NCBI RefSeq assembly: GCF_032444005.1
Contig: NC_091284.1
Location: forward strand, 700,476,001 to 700,540,000
Length of the DNA stretch: 64,000 nucleotides
Source: Ranitomeya imitator
Lineage: Eukaryota
Direction of reading: 5' to 3'
Each line of letters starts with the position of its first letter. Within the stretch, counting starts at the first letter, position 1. The position numbers and the translations under genes are program-made. The notes beneath the pieces were generated by a model. The model ran no database searches. It was not told the origin of the DNA and saw nothing but the letters and a program-made list of their open reading frames with translations. This document shows positions 26,901 to 38,900 of this stretch, piece by piece.

Positions 26901-29900
26901 TGGACTCAACCTACATCTGTAAAGAGCCTTCAGAAATTTTTGGGCTTTGCCAATTTTTATCGCCGCTTTATTGCTAATTTTTCTAGTGTGGTGAAGCCTC
27001 TGACCGATTTGACGAGGAAGGGCGCTGATGTGGTGAATTGGTCCTCTGCGGCTGTTGAGGCCTTTCAGGAGCTTAAACGTCGTTTTACTTCTGCCCCTGT
27101 GTTGCGTCAGCCAGATGTTTCTCTCCCTTTTCAGGTTGAGGTTGATGCTTCTGAGATTGGGGCAGGGGCCGTTTTGTCTCAGAGAAATTCTGATGGCTCT
27201 TTGATGAAACCGTGTGCTTTCTTCTCCAGAAAGTTTTCGCCTGCTAAGCGTAATTATGATGTCGGCAATCGGGAGTTGTTGGCTATGAAGTGGGCATTTG
27301 AGGAGTGGTGACATTGGCTTGAGGGAGCCAAGCATCGCGTGGTGGTCTTGACTGATCACAAGAATCTGATTTACCTCGAGTCTGCTAAGCGGTTGAATCC
27401 TAGACAGGCTCGGTGGTCTCTGTTTTTCTCACGTTTTGATTTTGTGGTCTCGTATATTCCGGGTTCTAAGAATGTGAAGGCTGATGCCCTTTCTAGGAGT
27501 TTTTTGCCGGATTCTCCGGGAGTTCTTGAGCCGCCTGGGATCCTCAAGGAGGGGGTGATTCTTTCTGCCATCTCCCCTGATTTGCGGCGGGTACTTCAGG
27601 AGTTTCAGGCTGATAAACCTGACCGCTGTCCTGTGGAGAAATTGTTTGTTCCTGATAGATGGACTAGTAGGGTAATTTCTGAGGTTCATTGTTCGGTGTT
27701 GGCTGGTCACCCTGGGATTTTTGGTACCAGAGATTTGGTGGCTAGATCCTTTTGGTGGCCTTCCTTGTCGCGGGATGTGCGTTCGTTTGTGCAGTCCTGT
27801 GGGACCTGTGCTCGGGCTAAGCCTTGCTGTTCCCGTACCAGCGGGTTGCTTTTGCCTTTGCCTATTCCTGAGAGGCCCTGGACGCATATTTCCATGGATT
27901 TTATTTCTGATCTTCCTGTCTCTCAGAAGATGTCTGTTATCTGGGTGGTTTGTGACCGGTTTTCTAAGATGGTCCATTTGGTGCCGTTGCCTAAGTTGCC
28001 TTCCTCCTCTGATTTGGTTCCATTATTTTTTCAGCATGTGGTTCATTTGCATGGTATTCCGGAGAATATTGTGTCTGACAGAGGTTCCCAGTTAGTTTCT
28101 AGGTTTTGGCGGTCCTTTTGTGCTAGAATGGGCATTGATTTGTCTTTTTCTTCAGCATTCCATCCTCAGTCAAATGGCCAAACGGAGCGAACTAATCAGA
28201 CCTTGGAGACCTATTTGAGATGCTTCGTGTCTGTTGATCAGGATGATTGGGTGACCTTTTTGCCGTTGGCCGAGTTTGCCCTTAATAATCGGGCTAGTTC
28301 TGCTACCTTGGTTTCGCCTTTCTTTTGTAACTTTGGTTTTCATCCTCGTTTTTCTTCAGGGCAGCTTGAGCCTTCTGACTGTCCTGGTGTGGATTCCGTG
28401 GTGGACAGGTTGCAGCGAATTTGGACTCATGTGGTGGACAATTTGACGTTGTCTCAGGAAAAGGCTCAGCGTTTTGCTAACCGTCGTCGGTGTGTTGGTC
28501 CCCGGCTTCGTGTTGGTGATTTGGTCTGGTTGTCTTCTCGTCATGTTCCTATGAAGGTTTCTTCCCCTAAGTTCAAGCCTCGCTTTATTGGGCCTTATAA
28601 GATTTCTGAAATTATCAATCCAGTGTCTTTTCGTTTGGCCCTTCCAGCTTCCTTTTCCATTCATAATGTGTTCCATAGATCCTTGTTGCGGAGATATGTG
28701 GTACCTATGGTTCCCTCCGTTGATCCTCCTGCTCCGGTGTTGGTTGAGGGGGAATTGGAATATGTGGTGGAGAAAATTTTGGATTCTCGTTTTTCGAGGC
28801 GGAAGCTTCAGTATCTGGTCAAGTGGAAGGGTTATGGCCAGGAGGATAATTCTTGCGTTGTTGCCTCCGATGTTCATGCTGCCGATTTGGTTCGTGCTTT
28901 CCATTTGGCTCGTCCTGATCGGCCTGGGAGCTCTGGTGAGGGTTCGGTGACCCCTCCTCAAGGGGGGTACTGTTGTGAATTCCGTTCTGGAGCTCCCTCC
29001 TGTGGTTGCTAATGGTATTTTTGTGAGTTCTGCCCTTGGGCTCCCTCTGGTGGTTTCGAGTGGAACTGCTGCTCCTTTAGGTAGCTGTAGCAGCTGCCTT
29101 CAATAATCGCCTTGCCTGGGTTTGTTATTTAAACCTGCTCTGGGCTTTAGTCCATGCCTGCTGTCAATGTTCTTGGTTGGATTTGGTTCTCTCCTTGGAA
29201 TTTTCATATGGCCAGTCCTTGTCTGCAAAAGATAAGTTTTTGCTAGTTTTTGTTTGTCCATTTTTTTGGACTCTATTGCTTTGCAAATATGTCTCTTTTT
29301 GTCCAGCTTGTCACTATGTCTTATTCAGGCTAGCTGGAAGCTCTGGGAAAGCAGATTTGCCCCTCCACACCGTGAGTCGGTGTGGAGTTCATTTTTGTAA
29401 ACTCTGCGTGGATTTTGTAGTTTTTATACTGACCGCACAGTATCCTTTTCTCTCTGTCTATCTAATTTAGTATTGGCCTCCTTTGCTGAATTCTGATTTC
29501 ATTTCTGAGTTCGTCTTTTCCCTCTCCATTCACAGTCAATATTTGTGGGGGGCTATCTTTCCTTTTGGGGGTTTTCTCTGGGCAAGATAGTTTTCTATTT
29601 CCTTCTTTAGGGGTAGCTATTTCTTAGGCTGTGAAGAGGTGTCTAGGGAGAGTCAGGAACATCCCACGGCTATTTCTAGTGTTGTTGTTAGGATTAGGGA
29701 CTGCGATCAGTAGAGATACCACCTTCTCAGAGCTCACTCCATGTTGCGTTTTAGCCACCAGGTCATATCAGTGTGGCCTCTTAACCACCAGGTCATAACA
29801 GTGTATATGGCTGATTTCTTTCCAGGCAAAAGCACTAGACCTGTCCATGCGTTGTCTCTGGTACTGCAGCCTAGATATATTTGCGATGCCCACCAGGGCC

Positions 29901-32900
29901 GCGGGGCACTCGGAACCGGGTCGGGCAGCCTCCTGGGGAGGTCACGGGGCCGCGACACAACTCCGTGGCCCTGTGCGTGCAATAAAAATGATGCAAGAGT
30001 GAAAAGTTTATAGGGGATTGATTCGTGACGCCACCCGTGGTGTTCGACAAGGGATGGCCGACTCTGCAGTTCAGGTACACTAAGGCCGATGATGACGCAG
30101 CAAAGATGGTACAGCTCTCCACAGGTAGAGTGGGGCCCCAGGGCAGATATGAGGTAAATTAAACGATGGGTACTGTTATAGTACATGGCAGGTGAAGCAG
30201 TAAATAATTCTGAGGACACAGCGGGGTGAAGTCTTCACAGTTTACTCACAGTTATTAGGTTCAGTCTCCAGCCGGGTGCTGTGTCCTCCGGGTCGGTGGT
30301 CCAGCTAGCTCTCAGGTAATTTGGGGTGCACTTTTCCGGGACCCCCTTCTTGTGTACCTTTCTGGGTCGTCTCTCTGGGCAGGCTCTCACCCTCTTGCCC
30401 TGCGCTTAACACACAGTGTCCCAAGCCAGCAGCCTCAGATCCTGTCGGGCGATGTCTTCCTGGTCCCTTTGACCCTATGTGGCTGCCTTTTCAGTGATTG
30501 TGTGTAGATTTGGCTGTGGCACATACAGACACAATAGCCTCCAGTTTGCTAGCTGAGTCCTACAGTCTCTCCACTAGTCTGGGGCCGGTCCCCCACTGCA
30601 CCCTGGTCCCTCCACTCAACTACGGTCGGCGTGGATTCGGGCGCCACGGGTGGATTCTTCACTTCCCTAGCCCCTAGGACCCCTTCTCTCTCTGGAGCTT
30701 GCTCGCTCCTCTCACTCTTCTCCTCAGCAACTCACTAACTCCGCTTCACTCCTGTTTCCATAGCAACACTTCACTCCCAACTGTCACTCTGCCTCAGGTC
30801 TCCTACCCTTATCTCCTTCCTCCACCCACACCCTCTACCTAGTTCCCCCTCCAGCCTGAGATGGGGCCCTCCCTAAATAGGGTCTGCCCAGATCCCCTGG
30901 CCTGGAGTGGTGTGGTGTTGGATGCTAGTGTGCGGATACCGGGTAGTGCCCCCTCCATACCCGAGAGTGGGGTACCACACATATGGATGAGGTGCAGTAC
31001 CTCTGTGGCGACTGGAACCTCAGGGGCACCACACATTAACATAAATGTGGTTGAGCTGCGGCATCACAAACAATCTGTAGACAGGTGTGTCGCTGCCTTT
31101 GGAAGAAAGTCGTCTCTGGGTGCTCAATGTCTGTTCAGCGCCGCTACATCACTTTTAACCACAGAGGGGAACAGAGGTCAGTCAAGTCTATGGGGTGGCG
31201 TTAGGTGGAGACGCACAAACTCATAATTTCCCTGCCTTATGTGGATTTGCAGCACTATTTATATGAAAATTCAAAGTTGATGTGCAATATAGTTTTTTTT
31301 CTACCTTATTCAGCAATGTAATTAGTTTGGTGAGTCTAAAGGTACCTTCACACTAAACGACGCTGCAGCGATCCAGACAACGATCCGGATCGCTGCAGCG
31401 TCGCTGTTTGGTCGCTGGAGAGCTGTCACACAGACAGCTCTCCAGCGACCAACGATGCCGGTAACCAGGGTAAACATCGGGTTACTAAGCGCAGGGCCGC
31501 GCTTAGTAACCCGATGTTTACCCTGGATACCATCCTAAAAGTAAAAAAAACAAATGCTTCATACTTACCTTCGGCTGTCTGTCCCCGGCGCTGTGCTTCT
31601 CTGTACTGGCTGTGAGCACAGCGGCCGGAAAGCAGAGCGGTGACGTCACCGCTCTGCTTTCCGGCCGCTGTGCTCACAGTGAGTGCAGGAAAGCACAGCG
31701 CCGGGGACAGACAGCCGAAGGTAAGTATGAAGCGTTTGTTTTTTTTACTTTTAGGATGGTATCCAGTGTAAACATCGGGTTACTAAGCGCGGCCCTGCAC
31801 TTAGTAACCCGATGTTTACCCTGGTTACCAGCGAAGACATCGCTGAATCGGTGTCACACACGCCGATTCAGCGGTGTCAGCGGGAGAGCCAGCGACCAAA
31901 TAAAGTTCTGGCCTTCTAGCCCCGACCAACGACATCACAGCAGGATTCTGATCGCTGCTGCGTGTCACACTGAACGATATCGCTAGCCAGGACGCTGCAA
32001 CGTCACGGATCGCTAGCGATATCGTTTAGTGTGAAGGTACCTTAAGGCCATGTTCACACATCAAAGTGTTTTCCGAAAACGTGGTTAAAAATGCAGCAAT
32101 TTTACAGCAATTTTAAAATATCTTTGCAATAAAAAAAATGTATGAACACGACTTAAAGCTCTTTACAGGTCCCTTTTAACACTGTGCATGACCGTGGCAT
32201 GAACTTTAAGATAATTAACACTTGTCAAGCTTTTAGAAATGACTAAACAAGTAAGAATCAATTAATAAGCAGAAAGTAATCCCAAAGTCTTGTATTTGGA
32301 AGGAGTCATCTGTCTGTATTCACATACAGTAACATATTCTTCTGCACAAGGAGACGGACGCCGTCCAAACCACAATTAGAGCAATACAATCACACACGAC
32401 AAGAATACCGCATCCCACTGCCAATAACACATCTCTCAAACAATGGCGTTTTTTAGCTATAAATTTCCAGTTTCTTAAGCCAAAAATAAAATATAACTGC
32501 CTCCAGGATCCACTGCCAAGAAATTATAGACCCTTTGTCTGCTTTCTTGTTTTCAGTGTTTTGAAATCCCAGGCGTGAAGATCCTGTCTTATAACTCCCC
32601 CATCTACTACGGCAACAGGGACATCTTTAAGGAAACAATGAGAAGGATGGTGGGGCTGACACAGGAAAAGATAAGGAGGAGAGAGAAAGCGCTAAAAGCC
32701 ATGGAACAAGGCAGGAAGATGAGCGTCTCCGTTGTTGTAAGCTTGATTCCTTGTGCATCGGTGGACAGTATCATCAGAAATACATCTATATATATAATCG
32801 TCTAAGGCAGTGGTCCCCAACTCCAGGCCTCGAGGGCCGCCAACAGTGCAGGTTTTCAGGATTTCCTTAGTATTGCACAGGGGTTGGAATCATCACCTGT

Positions 32901-35900
32901 GCAGATGATCACATTACCACCGATGCAATACTAAAGAAATCCTGAAAACCTGCACTGTTGGCGGCCCTCGAGGCCTGGAGTTGGGGACCCCTGGTCTAAG
33001 GGGCACTTCCGTCTGTTTGTCTGTCTGTCTGTCTGTCACGGAAATTCCGCATCAGTGATTGGTCGCGGCACAGCCCGGCCGAGAATTAGTCCCTCCCTAC
33101 TTCCGTCCAGTCAGTGCCCGGCACCCGCTCCATACTCCCCTCCAGTCAACGCTCACACAGGGTTAATGGCAGCATTAATGGACCGCGTTATGCCACGGTG
33201 TAACGCACTCCGTTAACGCTGTTATTAACCCCGTGTGACCAACTTTTTACTATTGATGCTGCCTATGCAGCATCAATAGTAAAAAAAAACTAATGTAAAA
33301 AAAAATAAAAAAACAAAAAACCTGCTATTCTCACCTTCCGTCGTCCGCCGATGCGTGCGCGGCTGCAGCCAGCTTCTGTTCCCAGAGATGCATTGCGAAA
33401 TTACCCCGAAGACTTAGCAGTCTCGCGAGACCGCTAAGTCAGCTGGGTAATTTTGCAATGCATCTCTGGGAACGGAAGCTGTTGGCAGCAGCGCGCGCAT
33501 CGGGACAGCTTCACTGGACGCCGGAGGGTGAGTATATAACTATTTTTTATTTTAATTATTTTTTTACAGGGATATGGTGCCCACACTGCTATATACTACA
33601 TGGGCTGTGTTATATACTGTGTGGCTGCTATATACTACGTGGGCAGTGTTATATACTGCGTGCGCTGTGTTATATACTGTGTGGGCTGTGCTATATATTA
33701 TGTGGGCTTTGTTATATACTGCGTGGCTGCTATATACTACGTGGGCAGCGTTATATACTACATGGGCTGTGATATATACTGCGTGGGCTGAGCTATATAC
33801 TGCGTGGCCTGTGTTATATACTGCGTGGCCTGTGTTATACAATGTGTGCCCTGTGTTATATACTGCATGGCTGTGTTATATACTGCGTGGGCTGTGTTAT
33901 ATACTGTGTGGCCTGTGCTATACATTACGTGGGCTGTGTTATATACTATGTGGCTGTGCTATATACTGCGTGGCTGCTATATACTACGTGGCTCCTATAT
34001 ACTACGTGGCCTGTGCTATATACTATGCGGCTGCTATATACATACATACAGTACATATTCTAGAATACCCGATACGTTAGAATCGGGCCACCATCTAGTA
34101 TTTTATAAGCAGATACTAGACTAGACTTAGAATTTACTTTGAAAATCCATATATGATGTTGATAAATATAATTAACCAGTAAAATGAGTTCAGTAAGAGA
34201 GTGAAATAGCTGGAGTCCAAGCATATTCAGTTTTTGTCCAGCAAGCCTGACTGACAGCTGCAGCTTGTACCGAGCAGTGTGAGATCTCAGCACCAGCAGA
34301 TAGGAGGTACACTGAGAAGCTATCATCCAGGCTGGGTGGGCAGTGATTGAGTCTACACTTTCAATAAAGACTAATACATGCTTTGTGACGTGGAATTTTA
34401 AAGTAAGTACACCCTCATCAGGTCTAAGAAATCTATGTAATTATATATGCAGTTTGATTTGTGAAATCTGGAGACAGATTCTATTTAAAGGGGGTTGTCC
34501 AGGATGAATTTATTGCTGACCTAGGATAGATCATCAATATAAGACCAGTGGGGGTACTGCGCTTATTAAAGTGAATGGGAGCTGAGATGATGGCCCTTAC
34601 GCAATGTAAGGAGCTGTGGTGCTCCAGGTTTGTATACTTTGCAAATTCGGCTGCACCAAGAGCTGCAGAAAGCTAATCTGTGGGTGTACCATGTGTAAGA
34701 CCCCCGTTGTTCTGATGATGATGATCTATACTAAGGATGGCTCATCACTGGCATATAAGTTCTTTACAACCCCTATAAGGCTATCACAAATGATAATATG
34801 CTTTCTCCATAGATAATGGGATTTGACTCATTACTCATTTATTTTTCCGGCCGTGGCTACTCTCACTTATTATGTAAATTGCTTCCAACATTCCCTACTG
34901 TTATGCTCTGTTTGATACCTCGCTTAAGAACTTTAAGTATAAACCTAAATAAATAAGATACTATACTTCCACTCCATATATCTGAAATAACATGGTCAAG
35001 GTCATTATACATATGCCAATTAACTAGAACATTTTTGGAGCAAAAAATTAAGCAGTTATATTAAGTAGCAGTTTTGGTTATTGGGGTTTTCTGGATTTTG
35101 GAAAAACTGCTGTCCCCTGGCTACAGTTTGTATAAAAAAACAAACCAGCTGCACCTTACTTACCCTCACCAGGTCCAGCACTGACTCTATGCACTGCTCC
35201 GGGTGTTTGGTATTGATGTCATATTGACAGCATTTCAGTCAATTACTGAACTCATCGGTTCTGTCCAAGTTGACACCACGAACCTCAAAGCTTACTGATT
35301 GACTGCAGCACTGTCGATGTGACATTGATGCTGCAGACAGTAATAGAAAAATATTTGGCCATTAAGGCAATGCTCCTCATGATCTAGTATAAAGAGCTAT
35401 AGTAAGGTCATGGGTATGTTCAAACTGGTGTAAATTTCGGAGAGGATCTTGCTCCAATATCCACTTCACATACTCTATGTGTAATGTTGATGTGTATGTA
35501 TGTGTAATGTGTATGTTAATGATAAAACCCACCTTTAGTACAAATCTTGATGTTTTTTGCCATGTGATTTTTTTTCCTGTATCCATTTCTGAGGGGTTTC
35601 TGCATAAAAAAAAGATCCAAATTTGCCACTAAATGAATAATGTGGAAAAAATGCCCAAAAACACGCAAAAACATGGCCAGATAATTTGTGTAAACATACC
35701 GTACTCTGGAAGTTAAAGCCACTAAATATGGTGGACTGTTGTAGAGGAGCATAATTATTTCTGAGCGATAGGAATATGGGGAAAAAGTGAAGACATTCCT
35801 GATTGATACTTTAAATGAATATGAGATAGAGATACATAGAAATAATAACAGTAATTAATTAACTGTATGAAGTAAGAAAGCTATGGTGATTTTTAAGTAA

Positions 35901-38900
35901 ACTTGGATAGAAGCCCCACAGATACATATTCATGATTTGTTTTTAACTGTATTTTATATTGTAGGATACAGGAATCGCAAACCCGGTATATCATCCTGAT
36001 GGCTGCAACATAAAGCTAGAACAAGGTACAGTAAAGTTTACTCATAACTTCATTTACAAGAAAAGCACTGCTCCGTGAATGTGAAATTGATGTTTGCATT
36101 ACACAATGGAAAATCCAATAGTATTTTACCCTGCTTGGGTGCTGTGCAGAGCTGCCATCAGCAATGAATTCACATGGTCTGTAAATATAAGAGACTTTTG
36201 TTTGGTGACTATAGCAAGAAATAAATGCATCTAATTTTTGAGAACCTAGATGAATTGGTGTAGATCGTTTTATTTTTATTCTTTAACCCCTTAGCACCGA
36301 ATTCTGACGTGTCATTTTATGCAGTAATAACTATGGATTACTGTATATTTTTATTTATTTTTCAATTTTTAAAATGACCAATAATATCACATACAAGGAA
36401 CAAATACCACAACACCATGTCAAGACCACATATTACCGCCACAGTGATCGAATAACATCACGTACAAGGAACAAATACCACAACACCATGACCAGACCAC
36501 ATATTACCACCAGTGACCGAATAATATCACATACAAGGAACAAATACCACCGCACCATGACCAGACCACATATTACCACCACAAAGTGACCAAATAGCAC
36601 ATAAAAGGGGCAAATACCGCAACACCATATCCAGACCACATATTACCACCACATAATGACTGAATACTACAATGGTGATCAGTAATAAAAAAAACCCCAC
36701 AATACTATCACCATAAGTGTCATTATACACAGGAGATCTGTACTTAGTATGCAGTGTCTGTGTACAGGTAATACAGTGATCACTGGTGATATTATACACA
36801 GGAGCTCTGTATATAATGTATAGGTAATACAGTTATCACTGATGACATTATACACAGGACCTCTGTATATAGTATGCAGTATATAGTGTCAGTGTATAGG
36901 TAACACACTGACTCACCAGTGACATCTCTAGGTGAAGTCCTTCATCTTTCATCTTTCATCCAGCACAGATCGCCATCACTTCTTCCAGCCAGGGCTCGTC
37001 TCTGCAGGAAAAAATACAGTTATCTCGAGCTCCGCTTGCAAAACAAGTTTTTCCCAACTTCTACTTTACACCACATGAAGAAAAAAAGGCGACATAGTAT
37101 CACTCTACACAGTAACAAGACCGCCCCCCCCCCTATTTAAAACAGTATACTCAAAAAATAAAATAAATACATCACTGCAGTAATAATATCCCTTAATTAG
37201 CCCCTATGATAATAATAATCCCTATCCTAGCCGCCGTGCGTCTCATTCCAGGCTTCAGCCATATGTTCTCCCATCCTGCCCTCATGAGTATCCATTCTGC
37301 CCCATATGATCTCCCCATCCTGCCCCATCTGTCTCCATCATATCCATCTTGCCCCATGATCCTGCACGAACTGCATGATCTGTCTCCAATTATGCCCCCA
37401 TGTCTTTCATCCTGCTCTGAGTCTCCAATCATGCCCGTATCTCCATTCTGCCCCTATGTCTCCAATCATGCCCGGTGTCTCTATTCTGCCCCATCTGTCT
37501 CCAATCATGCCCCTGTGTCTCCATTCTGCCCCATCTGTCTCCAATCCTGCCCCCAGTGTCTCCAATCATGCCTCCATGTCTTTCATCCTGCCCCGTGTCT
37601 CCAATCATGCCCCGTATCTCCATTCTGCCCTGTGTCTCCAATCATGCCCGTATCTCCATTCTGCCCCCTATGTCTCCAATCATGCCCCCATGTCTGCAAT
37701 CCTGCCCCACCTGTCTCCAATCCTGCCCCATCTGTCTCCAATCCTTCCCCTTCTGTCTCCAATCCTGACCCATCTGTTTCCAATCTTGCCCCATCTGTCT
37801 CCAATCCTGACCCATCTGTCTCCAATCCTGCCCCATCTGTCTCCAATCCTGCCCCCAGTGTCTCCAGTACAGCCCCAGTGTCTCCAGTACTGCCCCGGTG
37901 TCTCCAGCATTCTGCCCCCCGTGTGTCCAGAATTCTGACCCCAGTGTGTCCAGCATTCTAACCCCAGTGTGTCTAGCATTCTGCGCCCAGTGTCTACAGC
38001 ATTCTGCCCCAAACCCCCCCCCCCCCCCCGTGTCTCCAGCATTCTTCCCCGGCCCCCCCGGCTCGCCGCTCTCAATAAAAAAAAAGAGTTAGTCTTACCT
38101 GGCCGCGCTCCTGCGGCGAAGGTCCTTCCACGCAGCTGAGGCGCGCATTCGCCGGCGATTGACAATGACGTCAGACGCCGGCAACGTGTGTGCTGCGGCT
38201 GATGTCAGCTGCCAGCCTCCAATTGGCTGGCGGCTGTTAACTATTGATGTGCGGGGCCGGGCCGCTCGTCAATAGCGTTAAACTGCCGCAGCACCGGTAG
38301 GGGCCTGGGGAGCAGATGAGACAGGGCCCGATGCAGGCCCCCTCTGCCCCCCGAGCCCCATATGCCAGTCAGGGCAGTAATGCCCTGATGGCGGCCGAGG
38401 TCAATCTGAGCGGTAGCCCAGGGCCCCCCCACACCACTGGGCCCATACAAGTGACCCCATTTTGGAAATTACACCTCTTAAGGAATTCAGGTTTTTTGAG
38501 CATCTAGGTCTCACGGGTGCTTAACAGAACTTTGTAATATTGAGACTTGAAAATTAAAAATTACAGTAAATTTCTTCCACAATAATGTTGCTTTAGCTCC
38601 TAATTTATCACTTTTCTAAGCGTAGAAGGAGAAAATGGTCCATACAATTTGTTGTCATTTCTCCTGATTGCGGTATTCCTCTATATGTGTTCAGAAACTA
38701 CTGTTTGGAGACACGGCAAGGCATGGAGGGGAAGAAGTAGTATTTGAATTTTCGAATACCATTTTGGTTGGATAAAATTGAGAATGTTATGTCACGTTTG
38801 AAGACCCCCAGGATACCAAAACAGCTGAAACCCCTCCACAAGTGACCTCATTTTGAAAACTGCAGAAGGAAAGGCGAGTCATATTGGAATGTAGATTTTG

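Larger units (their letters stand above)
23617..29800 (+). mobile_element. Full-length chromodomain Ty3/Gypsy element, subfamily B, inactivated; sense orientation inside an slc26a10 intron
   Basis: LTRs 23617-24444 and 28971-29800 (about 18-20 differences by eye). PPT ..CTCAAGGGGGGTAC precedes 28971. Flanks are GGGTAT/GTGTAT. Confidence 0.97.

Noticed and set aside
33458-34124. Overlapping Y/C/A-rich ORFs on both strands
   Set aside because: Product of the ~24-bp minisatellite inside the Helitron.
36380-36665. Regularly spaced repeats as a possible CRISPR array
   Set aside because: The units are contiguous degenerate tandem copies without unique spacers, there are no cas genes, and the context is eukaryotic.
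37193-38165. Pro/Ser-rich and Gly-rich ORFs up to 251 aa
   Set aside because: All frames are open because of the ~21-bp tandem array; not a gene.
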